Shown piece by piece: positions 38,901 through 47,687 of a stretch of 64,000 nt of DNA (position 1 is its first letter; each line of letters opens with the position of its first letter). The notes beneath the pieces are model-generated. The model was not told the DNA's origin. It worked only from the letters and a program-made list of their open reading frames with translations, and did no database searches. The translations under genes were made by a program, and so were the position numbers. The stretch is from Alphaproteobacteria bacterium. GTDB taxonomy: Bacteria; Pseudomonadota; Alphaproteobacteria; Caedimonadales; UBA9215. The stretch is from NCBI GenBank assembly GCA_024281375.1, contig JAJSAD010000041.1:19397-83396 (forward strand). The letters run 5' to 3'.

Positions 38901-39106
38901 ATGGGATAGGTGATTAGTTGTTCAACTTCTTTTGCCGCAAGGCCATCGGCCTCCGTGTTGATTTGTACTTGAATATTGGTCACATCAGGAAAAGCATCCA
39001 GGTTCAATTTTGGCAGCATAAAAGCACTAGATATCAACAGCCCCCCAAGCCCCAAAAGAACAAGGAGCCTATTTTTGATTGAAAAATCAATGAGTTTTAC
39101 GAGCAT
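35975..39106 (-). CDS. heavy-metal-efflux RND pump, CusA/CzcA family
   Basis: 1043 aa with 12-TM RND architecture. The TM4 block GGLTIAIGMIVDGSVVMMEN is of HME type and closer to the CusA-like A-x-G form than to the CzcA D-F-G form. Confidence 0.9.
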   Translation of the reverse strand: MLVKLIDFSIKNRLLVLLGLGGLLISSAFMLPKLNLDAFPDVTNIQVQINTEADGLAAKEVEQLITYPIESEMYSLPDVEEVRSISKTGLSVVTVVFKEGTDIYFAREQVFQQLQLASENIPKEAGVPEIGPNSSGLGQVFQYALLPDDPEHYNIMELRALNDWFVKLSLLTVPGVTNILSFGGEVKQYQVLFDPLRLLSYNLTGADLQDAIEKNNLNAGGWFLETPNEQIVIRGSGWYASDEQGLQELAQIPVKVIEGRIVRLKDVAKIQYGSEVRQGLVTMSLRTEDKSVRSLGEVVTGIALKRMGDNTKSTIEDIKAKLSVIQKALPKGVTIKTFYDQSTLVDKAVETVEKALLEAFVLILIVLFLFLLNLRMTLLVMFSIPISVLVSLMMMSHYGISANLMSLGGLTIAIGMIVDGSVVMMENIFKHLSSGSRRDPKSGVALRIQEASREIARPVFFAVSIIIVVFAPIFGLEGVEGKLFHPMAQSIVFAMGASLIVALVIMPALSIYVFKKPLKHKKNVPFEWLLRQFNRVLSFLICHPLKVISVTVAMFSASLTLLPFLGTEFVPVLEEGTLNIRATLAPSVNLTISKDVAQKLEKKIMAFPEVISVVSRVGRAEIGGDPEPISNIEFIVELDPITEWTSAKTRIELEALMAKKLSVLPGILLSFSQPIATRVDELLSGVKAELAIKLFGADLDVLNEKGKEIEKLVGTVKGTKDVAMEQSSGEPQLIISPRRDVISQYGMNVSDIMSLITNDIRGQAVGKIIKGNERYDIYLRLEERYRNTIDKIKQLPILTPTGNQLRLEHLADIKVEAGPPQIRRDDVQRRVVVQLNVKGRDMGSVVKDIQALLGRKLDLPEGYSLQYGGQFKNQKRAQEKLMIIVPVSLLLIFLLLYFAFSSIGHAVLIMVNVPLALIGGILALFFSGQYLSVPSSIGFIAVFGIAVLNGVVLVNSIKDNIKNGMKTYAGVMEGALSRLRPVLLTAIIASLGLIPMLLSQGVGSEIQRPLATVVVGGIISSTLLTLFVLPVIYNYFYKTKKTP

Positions 39107-39136
39107 CAGAGTCGTCTCTTTTGTTGTTCTATTCTT

Positions 39137-40225
39137 TTAATGAGAGTCAACGAAGTTTTGTTTTTTAAATTCAGAATCAACGAAGAAAACACCCTCTTTC
39201 ACAAAGGTTGTGCCAGACTTTACATTGGCAACAACCAAAGCCATGTTACTTTTCTTAATAACATTCAGTTCAAGGGGTCTAAAAGTGTTATTATCCTCTA
39301 AGACATAAACCACATAACGCCCTTCATTGTTTTGAACCGTTGCAGATAAAGGAATATTAATAGCTTTTTCTGATCCTGATATATCTATTTTAGTATTTAC
39401 AAATTCACCACTATGAAGGAGATCATCTTTATTATCCATTTCGATTCGAATGATACGGGTCCTTGTTTTTTGATCAATTTCATGTTGTAAAGAAATCACT
39501 TTTCCTTTAATAAGAATGCCATTTTTTTCAATGGAAACAGAAGAGCCCACTTTAATGGCTACTTTTTTGTTAGAGGGGATATTAGCATCCACCCACACAC
39601 TTTCTTCATTGATAAGTTTAAACAAAAGATCTCCTGCATCAACACTTTGTCCAGCCACAATATCAGTTTGGGTTATGGTGCCAGAAATAGGGGCTAAGAT
39701 TTCCAATAAATTATCAGCTTTTTCAGCTTTGAGAACAGCATCGATTTGATTACGATTAAGTCCATAAGTTAAGAGGGTTGAAAAAAGACGATCGAATTCA
39801 ACCTTTGCATCTTGAACCCCTTTTTTGGAGGTAAATTTTTCCTTATAAAGTTCTGTTTTTCGCTTCTTTTCTTGGGCGGCAAGGATTAATTGAGCTTTTG
39901 TATCAGCAATGTCGGCGCTGGAGAGAACCACAAGAGGGTCTCCCTGTGTCACCTCCTGCCCCTCAGAAACAAGACGCTTTTCAATTTGTGCTTGAATCCG
40001 AGAAGAAACAAGAGAAACATTGTTTCTATTCAAAATGACCTCACCCGGAAGAGTGATAAAAACCGTTACAGTAGACAGCTCAATAACAGCCGTTTGAATG
40101 CCAGCTTCCTTTTGCTGTTCAAGGGATATTTGCAAAGAACGTTCGCGAGCATGCTCCGTTTCATTGGCTTGAACATTCATCGCAAAAAGACATAGAAAAA
40201 ATGGTGCTAACAATCGATGGAACAT
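39137..40225 (-). CDS. efflux RND periplasmic adaptor (CusB/CzcB-like)
   Basis: 362 aa with a signal peptide and lipoyl/beta-barrel MFP pattern (GQEVTQGDPLVVL..ISGTITQ..VAGQSVDAGDLLFKL). Directly upstream of the RND pump. Confidence 0.85.
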   Translation of the reverse strand: MFHRLLAPFFLCLFAMNVQANETEHARERSLQISLEQQKEAGIQTAVIELSTVTVFITLPGEVILNRNNVSLVSSRIQAQIEKRLVSEGQEVTQGDPLVVLSSADIADTKAQLILAAQEKKRKTELYKEKFTSKKGVQDAKVEFDRLFSTLLTYGLNRNQIDAVLKAEKADNLLEILAPISGTITQTDIVAGQSVDAGDLLFKLINEESVWVDANIPSNKKVAIKVGSSVSIEKNGILIKGKVISLQHEIDQKTRTRIIRIEMDNKDDLLHSGEFVNTKIDISGSEKAINIPLSATVQNNEGRYVVYVLEDNNTFRPLELNVIKKSNMALVVANVKSGTTFVKEGVFFVDSEFKKQNFVDSH

Positions 40226-40229
40226 TAAA

Positions 40230-40356
40230 TATACCTATTCAGCTTCAACGTGTAGGTTTTAAAACCAGACCAGAGCTCCCGGAGCGTATACTTTATACGT
40301 GAGGACAGCGATTGTGTCGCCGTTTTGAATTCCACACGTTGAAAGAGGATGGGTAT
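40230..40356 (+). repeat. MITE-like element, family X (127 bp)
   Basis: TATACCTATTCAGCTTCAACGTGT...ACACGTTGAAAGAGGATGGGTAT has imperfect terminal inverted repeats. The first ~75 nt are nearly identical to the reverse complement of 59165-59240. Confidence 0.75.
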
Positions 40357-40621
40357 GGTTTCTCCCTGTGTATAAATAGTATGGCTGTAAAAATAATCTC
40401 TTTCAACAGTTAAAGTACGTTATCAGCTTCGACACTTAATAAAAACATGTAAAGTTAACAGAAAATTAATATTTTCATGAGACTCTTAAAATTGCTTTAC
40501 GGAAAATAAGATAGAGCAGAACAGTAATAAAAGGTCTAGTACAATTTTTTAAACCGTGTACAATTTTGTATAAGGTCTTTAAAAAAGATGCTTTAATTAA
40601 AAAATATAAAGGGAGAAGGTA

Positions 40622-41455
40622 ATGCTTCAAAACAAATGGACTTTTAAAGTCGCCGCCCTGACAGCTGCTGTATTTGCCGCAAGCTGCGCAGAGCAAAAAA
40701 TTTCTCAACTAGAAAATGAACCTCGCGATGAGCGCGAGTTTAATAACGCACTTGCTAATGAATACGAAGCTTTAGCTAAAAAAGAGACGCGGATTTATAA
40801 TGACTCTATTGATGGTCGTCATTTTGCCGTAAAGGGTCTTCAAGCTGCAGCAGGTATGTTTGTGTTACCAGAAGATCCAATGCGTTGGGATATTCATAAG
40901 AAAGATTTGCCTTTCTTGATGGATGCCCGTGAAAGAATGCTTTTTGCCTTGGCACGTGGGGGTCGTTTTGTCGAGCCTGAACTCGGTGCAAAAACACAAG
41001 TTGCTTTTGATTGCTTGGTTGAAGAGATAGAAGAAGGTCCAAATCTTCATAAAGATCAAAAGAAAGAAATCAACGTTTGTAAAAAGCTTCTTACAAAACG
41101 TTTGGGTGATCTTGAGACAGCTGTCTTTAGAAACGGACCTGTGCGTCGCGTTCACTTTGACTACAACTCTTCTAACATCGAGCGTGATGGTATGATGACT
41201 GTGGCTGAAGTTGCCACCCGCGTGAACAAGTTCAAAGATCGCCGCATTATGATTGTTGGCCATACTGATCCTGTTGGAAAAGCAAGCCGTAACCTCACCT
41301 TGTCACAAGCTCGTGCCAATGCTGTAAAAGATGCCCTTCTTGCCCATGGTGTTAACCCAAGTGTAATCAAGGTTACCGTTGGTCGTGGTGAGCTTAAAGT
41401 AAGCCGTAAAGAGTTTGAGCCTAACAACCGCGTTACAGACATCTATCTTTACTAA
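40622..41455 (+). CDS. OmpA-family lipoprotein
   Basis: Lipobox-like VFAASC and a C-terminal OmpA domain (IVGHTDPVGKASRNLTLSQARANAVKDAL). Confidence 0.85.
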   Translation: MLQNKWTFKVAALTAAVFAASCAEQKISQLENEPRDEREFNNALANEYEALAKKETRIYNDSIDGRHFAVKGLQAAAGMFVLPEDPMRWDIHKKDLPFLMDARERMLFALARGGRFVEPELGAKTQVAFDCLVEEIEEGPNLHKDQKKEINVCKKLLTKRLGDLETAVFRNGPVRRVHFDYNSSNIERDGMMTVAEVATRVNKFKDRRIMIVGHTDPVGKASRNLTLSQARANAVKDALLAHGVNPSVIKVTVGRGELKVSRKEFEPNNRVTDIYLY

Positions 41456-41475
41456 GATTTTGTAACCTAACGATA

Positions 41476-41506
41476 AAAGCCCTGTCGTTTGATGGGGCTT
41501 TTTTTG
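41476..41506 (+). terminator. rho-independent terminator
   Basis: AAGCCC / GGGCTT stem followed by a T7 run, 21 nt after the ompA-family stop. Confidence 0.6.
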
Positions 41507-41642
41507 TAAGCTTTCAGGCATCAATGATATTTTACAACCCAACACCACGAAACTATTTAGCCTGTCTTTACGGAATTTTAGTAGTTTTTTGAGACGATAA
41601 AGGTTAAAAGAAAGATAGGATTTAAAAACCAAGGATTTTAAC

Positions 41643-43298
41643 GTGGTAAAACTTAAAAAAGACGATCTCTATTTCTTACCCTTAGGGGGTTCGGGAGAGA
41701 TTGGCATGAACCTTAATCTTTATGCGATTCATGATAAATGGCTGATGATTGATTTAGGTGTTTCTTTTGAACGGGCTTTGGGGATGGATGTTATCATGCC
41801 AGACCCCACTTTTATTGAAGAGAATGCAGACAAACTCGTTGGCCTTGTGGTCACCCACGGTCACGAAGATCACATTGGGGCCATTCCCTATTTGTGGCAA
41901 TTATTGCGCTGTCCTATTTATGCAACCCCTTTCACGGCTTTTCTTGTAAGAGGAAAACTTCGAGAAGCAGGATTGCTTTCAGAAGCTGAAGTCATTGAGA
42001 TTAAAACCGGCGAGGAAATCGACCTTAATCCTTTTAAAATCACCTATATTCCCATCACCCATTCTATTCCCGAAGCCAATGTGATTAAGATCGAAACTTC
42101 TGCTGGCATTGTTGTGCACACAGGAGATTCGAAGGTCGATCCCGATCCTAGAATTGGAGTCGCAACAGACATTGAGCATTTGAAAGCCATCGGGGATGAA
42201 GGCGTTTTGGCCCTTGTGTGTGACTCTACCAATGTGTTTTCCGAAGGTCGTTCTGGCTCGGAGGGCGACGTCCGTGAAAGTCTTTTAGAGCTTATTAAAG
42301 GACAGAAAAAACGCGTGGCCGTTGCGTGCTTTGCCAGTAATGTTGCACGGCTTCAAACCTGTATTGAGGCTGCTAAAGAAACAGGTCGTCAGATTGTTCT
42401 AGCAGGTCGTTCCCTCTGGAATATGTCCGATGCTGCTGTGCACAGCGGATATTTTGAGTCCAACAAAAGCTTTTTGAAGGATGGCTCCTTTCATAATCTG
42501 GACCGTGATAAAATTCTTCTTGTTTGTACAGGTTCTCAAGGAGAATCACGGGCGGCATTATCCCGCATTTCTAATGGAACCCACCCTAAGATTAAGCTTG
42601 AGCCTGGTGATACAGTGATTTATTCCTCACGGGAAATTCCTGGAAACGAAGCCGCCATTCACCATGGTCAAGATGAGCTTTTGGATGCAGGTATTACCGT
42701 TATTACGGATTATGATGATATGACCCATGTATCAGGACATCCTAATCAAGATGAACTCAAAGATATGTATGGATGGATTAAGCCTCAAATGTTGATTCCT
42801 GTCCATGGAGAACGCGCCCATTTGCGGGAACATGCCGCTTTTGGTCTTGAACAAGGTATTCCTCAGACCTTTGCGCCTCGTAATGGGATGCTGATTAATT
42901 TATCAACTCCTGGTGGCCCTCAGCAAGAAGACATGGTCGAGCATAGCCGCTTGGCTTTGGATGGTACCGCCATTGTCCATGTAAAGGGCGACCATATCAA
43001 AAAGCGTGAAAAACTGATGACGTGCGGGGCTATTTTCATCACGCTCCTTTTTGATAAAAAAGGAAATTTACATCTGCCCCTTGATGTTTCCATTGTTGGT
43101 TTGCCTGATATTGGTCAAGAAGGATCACTCTTGGAGGATTTACAGCTTATTATTCAAGAAGATGTTGATACCATTACGGGTAAAAAAACCGACGACGATG
43201 ACTATTTGATTGACCGCCTTGCCCAAAGTATTAAACGCTTCGTGAATGGATTGCTATCAAAGAAACCTATTGTAACCGTACATGTGGTGCGGAAATAA
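41643..43298 (+). CDS. rnj: ribonuclease J
   Basis: Metallo-beta-lactamase motif VVTHGHEDHIG, beta-CASP region and C-terminal domain. 551 aa, GTG start. Confidence 0.85.
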   Translation: MVKLKKDDLYFLPLGGSGEIGMNLNLYAIHDKWLMIDLGVSFERALGMDVIMPDPTFIEENADKLVGLVVTHGHEDHIGAIPYLWQLLRCPIYATPFTAFLVRGKLREAGLLSEAEVIEIKTGEEIDLNPFKITYIPITHSIPEANVIKIETSAGIVVHTGDSKVDPDPRIGVATDIEHLKAIGDEGVLALVCDSTNVFSEGRSGSEGDVRESLLELIKGQKKRVAVACFASNVARLQTCIEAAKETGRQIVLAGRSLWNMSDAAVHSGYFESNKSFLKDGSFHNLDRDKILLVCTGSQGESRAALSRISNGTHPKIKLEPGDTVIYSSREIPGNEAAIHHGQDELLDAGITVITDYDDMTHVSGHPNQDELKDMYGWIKPQMLIPVHGERAHLREHAAFGLEQGIPQTFAPRNGMLINLSTPGGPQQEDMVEHSRLALDGTAIVHVKGDHIKKREKLMTCGAIFITLLFDKKGNLHLPLDVSIVGLPDIGQEGSLLEDLQLIIQEDVDTITGKKTDDDDYLIDRLAQSIKRFVNGLLSKKPIVTVHVVRK

Positions 43299-43310
43299 AA
43301 AATAAAAACG

Positions 43311-43336
43311 GAGCCCCCTATCGGGGCTCTTTTTTA
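43311..43336 (+). terminator. rho-independent terminator
   Basis: GAGCCCC-CTATC-GGGGCTC followed by TTTTTT. Confidence 0.8.
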
Positions 43337-43367
43337 TACCATTTTCAGAATTAAATCAGGCAAACGG

Positions 43368-43439
43368 TATAGTCGACTCAATAAAGTTCCAGTTTAGGAG
43401 CGCAGGAACGACGTCTGGGACCTTATTGAATCGAGTATA
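43368..43439 (+). repeat. family Y palindromic element, core-deleted copy
   Basis: Arm TATAGTCGACTCAATAAAGTTCCAG, then TTTAGGAGCGCAGGAACGACGT, then inverted arm CTGGGACCTTATTGAATCGAGTATA. It ends 1 nt before the stop of the GT2 gene. Confidence 0.75.
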
Positions 43440-44300
43440 TTATTTATGCATAATTTGTTTGAGAAGATCGGCAACCAATCCCAAGCCCACAATAACAAGA
43501 GAGACAAGTAAGCCCCCAATACCAAGGTAAAAACCGCTTTGAAGTCCCATAAAAATGGATAATAGAAACCCCCCAATCGAGCCTATTATACAAAGGGCTG
43601 CAAACAGCATGAAGATTTTTATGGGGTTATAATAGTTAATGGACTGCAAAATATATTGGAGAGTCCGCAAAGAGTCTTTAACCAGCTTTACTTTTGTTTG
43701 TCCCTCTCGTTTTTCATACGGAATGGGAAGATATTTCACAAAACGACCGGTCATCATATAAGCTAGAGTCATAGACGTTGTAAAGCTAAAGGTATCACAG
43801 AGGTGATCAACATATTCTAAAACGGTTTTACGACTAAAAACCCGCAGGCCTGAGTTAATATCAGGAATTTCACGGTTAGCGGTAAATTCTACGAGAAACT
43901 TGAGGATTTTACGCAAAGGAGCTTTAACCAGAGATTCACGATAATGACTTCCTGTGCGCGCGCCCACAACCATGTCAAATCCCTTTTTGAATTCTTTAAG
44001 AAGCATGGGCGCTTGATCAAAAGGATAGGTGCGATCCGCATCGGTAATAACGATCGTATCGAATTTAGCCTTGCGGATCCCATCTTTTAAGGAGCGCCCA
44101 TAGCCCACATTATGAGGATGGTTAACAACAGTAACGCCTTGGGCTTTTGCAATTTCTCCTGTTTTATCAGAAGATCCATCATTCACAATAACAATTTCAA
44201 AGTCCTTCGTTTTGTTTTCTTTGAAAACTTTTTTGATGTCATCAATGGTTTCTTTGATGGCGTTTTCTTCATTGTAAGCAGGGATAACAACACTAATCAT
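43440..44300 (-). CDS. family 2 glycosyltransferase, polyprenyl-phosphate sugar synthase type (GtrB/ArnC/DPM1-like)
   Basis: VVIPAYNEE, NDGSSD and ITDAD motifs, plus two C-terminal TM helices as in GtrB/ArnC-type enzymes. Confidence 0.8.
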   Translation of the reverse strand: MISVVIPAYNEENAIKETIDDIKKVFKENKTKDFEIVIVNDGSSDKTGEIAKAQGVTVVNHPHNVGYGRSLKDGIRKAKFDTIVITDADRTYPFDQAPMLLKEFKKGFDMVVGARTGSHYRESLVKAPLRKILKFLVEFTANREIPDINSGLRVFSRKTVLEYVDHLCDTFSFTTSMTLAYMMTGRFVKYLPIPYEKREGQTKVKLVKDSLRTLQYILQSINYYNPIKIFMLFAALCIIGSIGGFLLSIFMGLQSGFYLGIGGLLVSLVIVGLGLVADLLKQIMHK

Positions 44301-44351
44301 TTTTTATAATTCCAAAGGTTTTTTTAGGTTCTTATGGGTTTCTATGAGAAT

Positions 44352-46253
44352 TTATTTCCATTGCTCAAGCCAAAGGCCAAGACACGTTAATCCAAATAAT
44401 TTAAGACCATGATCCACTTGTTCATTTTCATGCTCCTGCCAAAGTTTATCTAAAACAGAGCTATTGGTCAAATGACGCATTTTTTCAGAATACATTGCAT
44501 CCTTTGCAAGTCCTTTGAGATCATTATTAAGCCACACTGAAATGGGGGCGTTGAACCCTTTTTTAGGACGATAGAGAGTGCGATGAGGCAAATATTTTTC
44601 TTGGCTCTTTTTGAGGATATATTTTTTCTCACGGTCTTTAAGCTTCATAGACACAGGAAGGCGGGCCGCAAATTCAACCAATCGATGATCTAAGAATGGT
44701 GCTCTTGTTTCTAAGGAATGTGCCATACTCGCGCGATCAACCTTGACAAGAATATCATCCACAAGCCAAGTTTTGATATCCACATAACTCGCTTGATCAA
44801 GGGGATGACAGTCTTTCACATCTTCAAAGTAGTGATCAAAATCATGGAAAGCGTTTTGTGTTGGATCACTATCTTGTAAAAGAAGCTGATCTAATTCCGG
44901 GGGTTTAAAAATTTCACGCCAAGCATAGTGGGCACGTCTGTAATTATAGCTGGACCCATAGAGGAATTGCTTAATTTTATAATCAAGGCTCACTTTATTG
45001 AAACTTGTTGGCAAAAGAGATTCAGCAATCCTATGTCCCGCCTTAAAAAGCCAGCGCGGAAGCTTTGAAAATTTTTGATACATCTGATCAGCAGAGTAGG
45101 TTTCGTAACCTAAGAAAAGCTCATCTCCCCCATCACCTGACAGCGCTACTGTGACTGATTGCCGTGCATATTGTGCGAGATAATAGGTAGGGATAATTGA
45201 TGTATCTGCAAAGGGCTCATCGGTTTTTGAAACAATATCAATAAGATTTTGTGCAAGATTGGGAGTCACCATTTTGACATGGTGGTCCACCTTTAAATGC
45301 TGAGCAACCAACTGGCTTTCTTTGATTTCACTATAGCTTTTTTCTTGAAACCCAATACTAAATGTTTGCGTGTCTGATGCTTTTTTTAAATGACGGGTCA
45401 TGCCTGCCACAAGGGTTGATGAATCAATACCACCGCTTAAAAAAGCACCCAGAGGCACATCACTGATAAGCTGTCCTTGAAGGGTTTGAGAGAGAATTTC
45501 ATTAAGCTCATCGGCTGCTTGCGATTCTGTAATTGTTTCATTTTTTGAATGATAACAAGAAGCCAAATCCCAATAAGATTTTATAAGAGGGGCTTGTCCA
45601 GATTTGATATGAAGGTAGTGAGCCGCAGGCAGTTTCTGCACACCTTTGAAAAAGCACTGAGAGGTGAGCGTGTAATTAAGAGATAAAAAATGTTGAAGAG
45701 CCGCGGGATTTAAATCTTTTTCTAAAAGAGGACAGGCCATTAAAGACGGAAGACCCGATGAAAAAGCGAGACCCGATTGAGGAAAAGAGGCATCAAAATA
45801 CCCATAAAAAAGAGGCTTTTCCCCTAAGCGATCTCTGACAAGAAACAGCTCTTGTGTTTTTTGATCCCACAGGGCAAACGCAAACATCCCCACAAATTTT
45901 TGGAGGCACTCGACGCCCCATTGAGCCCATGCTTCCACAATGACTTCTGTATCGCTATGTGTTTTAAAGGTTTTCCCCAGTTGTTCTAACTGAGAACGAA
46001 GCTCTTTAAAGTTATAAACTTCACCATTATAGGTCAAAAGATAACGACCGGAGGTATCCACCATAGGTTGATTAGCCGCCGCATGGGTATCAATGATTGA
46101 CAAACGACGGTGGCCAAAAGTCACAACAGATTCCTGTTGAATACCCTCGGCATCTGGCCCCCTATGCCTTAAAAGATCACACATTTTTTGAACAAGGACC
46201 TTTGGATTTTCAAGATGATGATTGGGGTCAAACAGGCCTGCAATACCACACAC
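44352..46253 (-). CDS. asnB: asparagine synthase (glutamine-hydrolysing) family amidotransferase
   Basis: N-terminal nucleophile MCGIAG and PP-loop SGGIDSS. 633 aa. Confidence 0.85.
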   Translation of the reverse strand: MCGIAGLFDPNHHLENPKVLVQKMCDLLRHRGPDAEGIQQESVVTFGHRRLSIIDTHAAANQPMVDTSGRYLLTYNGEVYNFKELRSQLEQLGKTFKTHSDTEVIVEAWAQWGVECLQKFVGMFAFALWDQKTQELFLVRDRLGEKPLFYGYFDASFPQSGLAFSSGLPSLMACPLLEKDLNPAALQHFLSLNYTLTSQCFFKGVQKLPAAHYLHIKSGQAPLIKSYWDLASCYHSKNETITESQAADELNEILSQTLQGQLISDVPLGAFLSGGIDSSTLVAGMTRHLKKASDTQTFSIGFQEKSYSEIKESQLVAQHLKVDHHVKMVTPNLAQNLIDIVSKTDEPFADTSIIPTYYLAQYARQSVTVALSGDGGDELFLGYETYSADQMYQKFSKLPRWLFKAGHRIAESLLPTSFNKVSLDYKIKQFLYGSSYNYRRAHYAWREIFKPPELDQLLLQDSDPTQNAFHDFDHYFEDVKDCHPLDQASYVDIKTWLVDDILVKVDRASMAHSLETRAPFLDHRLVEFAARLPVSMKLKDREKKYILKKSQEKYLPHRTLYRPKKGFNAPISVWLNNDLKGLAKDAMYSEKMRHLTNSSVLDKLWQEHENEQVDHGLKLFGLTCLGLWLEQWK

Positions 46254-46255
46254 GG

Positions 46256-47566
46256 TTAAGCCTCCTGTTTCTCAAACTTGGTCCCAAAAAACGCATTATG
46301 AATAAGTATCAATAAAAAGCTCCACAAGGGAATGGCCGTATAGATAGTAAAGCGCGTCAAGAGCGGTTCAAAAAGAGCAACCAACATAACATTTCCAAGG
46401 TGTAAAGTCACAAGCATCAAAAAGGTTTCTTTCTCAAAGGTTGGTCGATAAAGGTTTTTAAAGAACACACACAAAGTCATTATCATGAGAATAAAACTTG
46501 TCCAGTATTCTCCAAAACCATAAATGAGTGTACGAACATAGAATTGAACATATTGAATAATGTGTCGACGTGCGAGCTTGAGACCAATGGAGAGTAATTG
46601 AGCATCTTGTTTATAAGAGTCTTGACTGAGATGTCTCCCGGATGCTGGCCCTATATTGGCATAGCAGAGGGTGTTGTAAATTCCTTCGTAATGGAAAAGA
46701 GGCCGCGTGCCATCTCCTCCGCCAATAGAAAGATCATTTTTGGCTATTTGCTCTGAAATATCTTTAAAGAAGGCTCTTTCTTGAGGGTCGGTAAAAAGAT
46801 CAATATCACTTGGAGAAGATAAATGGAGGGGAAGGATAATAAACTGATAGCCTACAAAAGGAACCATTTTGAAGCTCCCTGTTAACGCATAACTGTAAGC
46901 CCGTTCAGCCAAATTTCCTGCACCAATAACAACAATAACAACAATTAAACGTGCAAAAAATTTCTGAGTTTCTTTGTGTTTATAAAGCATATAGAACAAT
47001 AAAATCAACAAAGCTGGCCATAGAAATAAAAACTGGCTACGGGTTAACGTCAAGAGTAAGGCAAGGGAAATGATCCCAACAAAAGAAGTCATCGTTTTTT
47101 CTTTTAAAAATTTCAAAAGAAAAGAAAGAAGAAGGAAGAAGAAAGGATAACAAAGAGCTTCTGTTAAAATATGATTACCAATCCCGTGAAAAATAAAATA
47201 GGGGACAAAGCAAAAGAAAAAAATTGCTCCTGCAATAAAGGGCGTAACATAGAAGAAACGTCCCAGAGTTTTCACAAATCGATCTATGGAAAAGACCCCT
47301 AGAATCAATTGTATAGCGACTATTCCATAGCCTAAATCGCCAAAAATCCATTGATTGATCTTTAAAAAGAGAGGGTACAATAGTGAACGACCTGGGGACA
47401 TATGAATATAGCCCCCTGAATCGGGAGCAAGCGCTGCTCCTTGAATGAGTAAGTAAAGAGAAATAAGCAGAATAGTACTATAAAAAAAGAGCGTTGATCG
47501 TCTGTTACCAAAAATAGATGTTTTTATCATAAAAAATATTTCAAAAAAAGAGCTCAGATAGGTCAT
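46256..47566 (-). CDS. polytopic membrane protein, possible GT-C-type glycosyltransferase
   Basis: At least 10 predicted TM helices plus one soluble loop. It sits 2 nt upstream of asnB on the same strand. Start uncertain (TTG 47596, ATG 47566, ATG 47530). Confidence 0.55.
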   Translation of the reverse strand: MTYLSSFFEIFFMIKTSIFGNRRSTLFFYSTILLISLYLLIQGAALAPDSGGYIHMSPGRSLLYPLFLKINQWIFGDLGYGIVAIQLILGVFSIDRFVKTLGRFFYVTPFIAGAIFFFCFVPYFIFHGIGNHILTEALCYPFFFLLLSFLLKFLKEKTMTSFVGIISLALLLTLTRSQFLFLWPALLILLFYMLYKHKETQKFFARLIVVIVVIGAGNLAERAYSYALTGSFKMVPFVGYQFIILPLHLSSPSDIDLFTDPQERAFFKDISEQIAKNDLSIGGGDGTRPLFHYEGIYNTLCYANIGPASGRHLSQDSYKQDAQLLSIGLKLARRHIIQYVQFYVRTLIYGFGEYWTSFILMIMTLCVFFKNLYRPTFEKETFLMLVTLHLGNVMLVALFEPLLTRFTIYTAIPLWSFLLILIHNAFFGTKFEKQEA

Positions 47567-47687
47567 TTTATACACGGGGCTATGCAATTTGTCCAAGACA
47601 TTTAACTTAATCTATCCACTATTTTCTTGTACTTTGATTGCATTTTCCCTTATGGTGGGGAAGATATTTAATAGAAAGCTTAATATT

